Source: Amoebophrya sp. A120 (lineage: Eukaryota; Protista; Dinoflagellata). From it: a DNA stretch of 64,000 bases. Numbering within the stretch: the first letter of the stretch is position 1; each line of letters opens with the position of its first letter. The position numbers were made by a program, and so were the translations under genes. Below, piece by piece: positions 62,748 through 64,000 of the stretch. Where the stretch lies: NCBI GenBank assembly GCA_905178155.1, contig CAJINV010000010.1, positions 2,534,466-2,598,465 on the forward strand, in the 5' to 3' direction. The notes beneath the pieces are model-generated. The model saw only the letters and a program-made list of their open reading frames with translations, searched no databases and was not told where the DNA came from.

Positions 62748-63803
62748 ATGACCTCTCCCAAAAATTCTACCCGGAAGTCTACCACGACGAAATGGGTCCA
62801 GGAAATCAACTGGTCCATGCTGGCCACGTGGGTCACGCTTTTCACCACGGTGCTTTTCAACCTGCAGTTTCAGTTCATCTACCGCAATATGCAGCAGGGG
62901 CCACTTTTCAACACCTTACTGACGGAGTACTCCGACCCGGTGATACTCGACGCGCTCGACCTTCTGGAAGATTTCCAAAAGGCGTCGGCCGGGGCGGTCG
63001 CCAAGGGTGCCGGGGTGGGGCTCGGGGGATCGGGACTCAGTGAGAAAGGGGCGAACAGTATCCAAGGAAAAAGCTGTATTTAGTGTAGCTGTCTTGTTCA
63101 GGTGACAGCATGACAAATTCGTTCTGCATGACCACAGAGAAATCCTGTCATGCACAGCTTGTATGTGAAAACATAAACATCTTTGAAAAAAAAAAAAACA
63201 GGACAGTGTGGGTGGCATGAGAAGTGTAACTGCTTATACATTTTCTGCATCACAGACTTACACTTACAGAGTTTTCTTCTTGCATAAACAGCTTCGGGAC
63301 GGAAAACTGGCAATACGCCTACGACTTATGCGCAGAAAAAAGTGTTTTTACAGTTACGCATTGTATTGCGGGCCAAGCATGACAGAATTTTTCTGTCATG
63401 CACAAAATGCTTGCGCGCCTCGTTTCTTCTGTGTTTTCCCTTATTATCTCTCTTGTGCATTCCACGGCATTCAGAGAAAGTCTGTGTTGCTGAACTTACA
63501 ACAAATGCGTCACTGTAACTGTATACACTTTTTTCTGGCCGCGATAAGATTTCCTGGAATTGCAGTACATAAACCACTACGCATTGGTGCAAATAGGTCT
63601 GGGTCTGGGAAGTAATGGAGATCTTGTCAGGCGTGCCTTGCATGTTTTTTGCTGAAGAACCACTACCGCTAGTACCGCATCAAAAGGTTTCCAGACCCAG
63701 ATCGGTATTTGCACTGCATAATCACCCCCGAGGACGGGAGATCGACCACGCAAGACGAAGGTTGATCTCCTGGTACAGCAAGGTACAGAAGTTGAAGTTG
63801 TAA
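62748..63803 (+). CDS. Unknown protein with N-terminal TM helix, 3 introners; 3' end uncertain (may splice onward)
   Basis: WSMLATWVTLFTTVLFNL hydrophobic segment; frame continues ..ANSFGTENWQYAYDFLELQYINHPRGREIDHARRRLISWYSK after excisions. Confidence 0.55.
63059..63286. mobile_element. Introner family E
   Basis: TIR; DR aacag/aacag. Confidence 0.85.
63327..63546. mobile_element. Introner family G-like
   Basis: TIR; DR cgact/agatt (eroded). Confidence 0.75.
63578..63720. mobile_element. Short (143 bp) degenerate family A introner
   Basis: gtctgggtctgg..ccagacccag; DR accac/atcac. Confidence 0.75.
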
Positions 63804-64000
63804 ATAAATGCTATTCATTTTAATAGTCACTCAGCAACTTCTCATGCGGGCAATGAAGCAGCTTTGCGTTGGTATTTTGTCATGCCAAAAAGTTTGCGAG
63901 TGTTTATGTTCTGTTGATGATGTCAGTATCAAAACAGGTACGGCTTTTCTTCGAGTTTGATCTGCTGTCCTCGTCTTACCTGGGCGTCATCCCGGGGGAA

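Noticed and set aside
1524-63720. CRISPR-like or bacterial REP/BIME arrays
   Set aside because: The repeats are inverted pairs bounding dispersed elements inside eukaryotic genes, not regularly spaced direct repeats; no cas genes or operon structure.
1-64000. An autonomous transposase, recombinase or reverse transcriptase for the elements
   Set aside because: No ORF with recognisable DDE, tyrosine recombinase, HUH or RT motifs was seen, so no superfamily is assigned.
1-64000. rRNA, tRNA or dinoflagellate spliced-leader sequence
   Set aside because: No convincing match seen by eye; a covariance-model search would be needed to exclude them.

Overview
Eukaryotic genomic DNA, most likely from a marine parasitic dinoflagellate of the Amoebophrya (Syndiniales) type. 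The taxon is inferred from the architecture, not proven. About ten genes lie on the + strand: an unknown S/G/P-rich protein, a membrane protein ending in a CIA30 domain, an unknown membrane protein, a Nup155/Nup170-like nucleoporin, two paralogous small Cys-rich probably secreted peptides, an ATG4 (peptidase C54) protease, a DDX24/MAK5-like DEAD-box helicase, a third small secreted Cys peptide and a small TM protein. About 80 short (mostly 135-345 bp) MITE-like inserts (introner elements), counted by hand, interrupt these genes or lie just downstream of them. Typically an insert begins TAT, ends ATA, has family-specific terminal inverted repeats (TIRs), is flanked by a 5-nt direct repeat (DR) and lacks GT-AG ends. 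Removing the insert plus one DR copy restored the reading frame at nearly every junction I traced. TIR families (my labels): A tatcaaatgcaaaaatgtctgggtctggaag; B tatc..aggaaaaatcccccctccccatatc; C tatgcattgcaaaagtatcgtact; D tatcctgagtaaaaacgtccccacccc; E tatgcaagaaaaaaactgtgtaa; F tatcccacagaaaaaa..ggcaggtca; G tatcacgagaaaaaagtgttacagttacac; H tatcaaacaaaaaagttc; I tatggatgtgtcaggatcgaaatcg; J tattacagtgaaaagtgcccccc; K tatgacccgctcaaacgttacaatc. All families share an internal TGTNATGC/GCATNACA motif array. Most short ORFs in the supplied track are translations of these elements. A few ordinary GT-AG introns coexist with them. Intergenic DNA is largely free of introners but holds GC-rich palindromic inserts flanked by long direct repeats. 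Coordinates were read by hand and may be off by a few bases.
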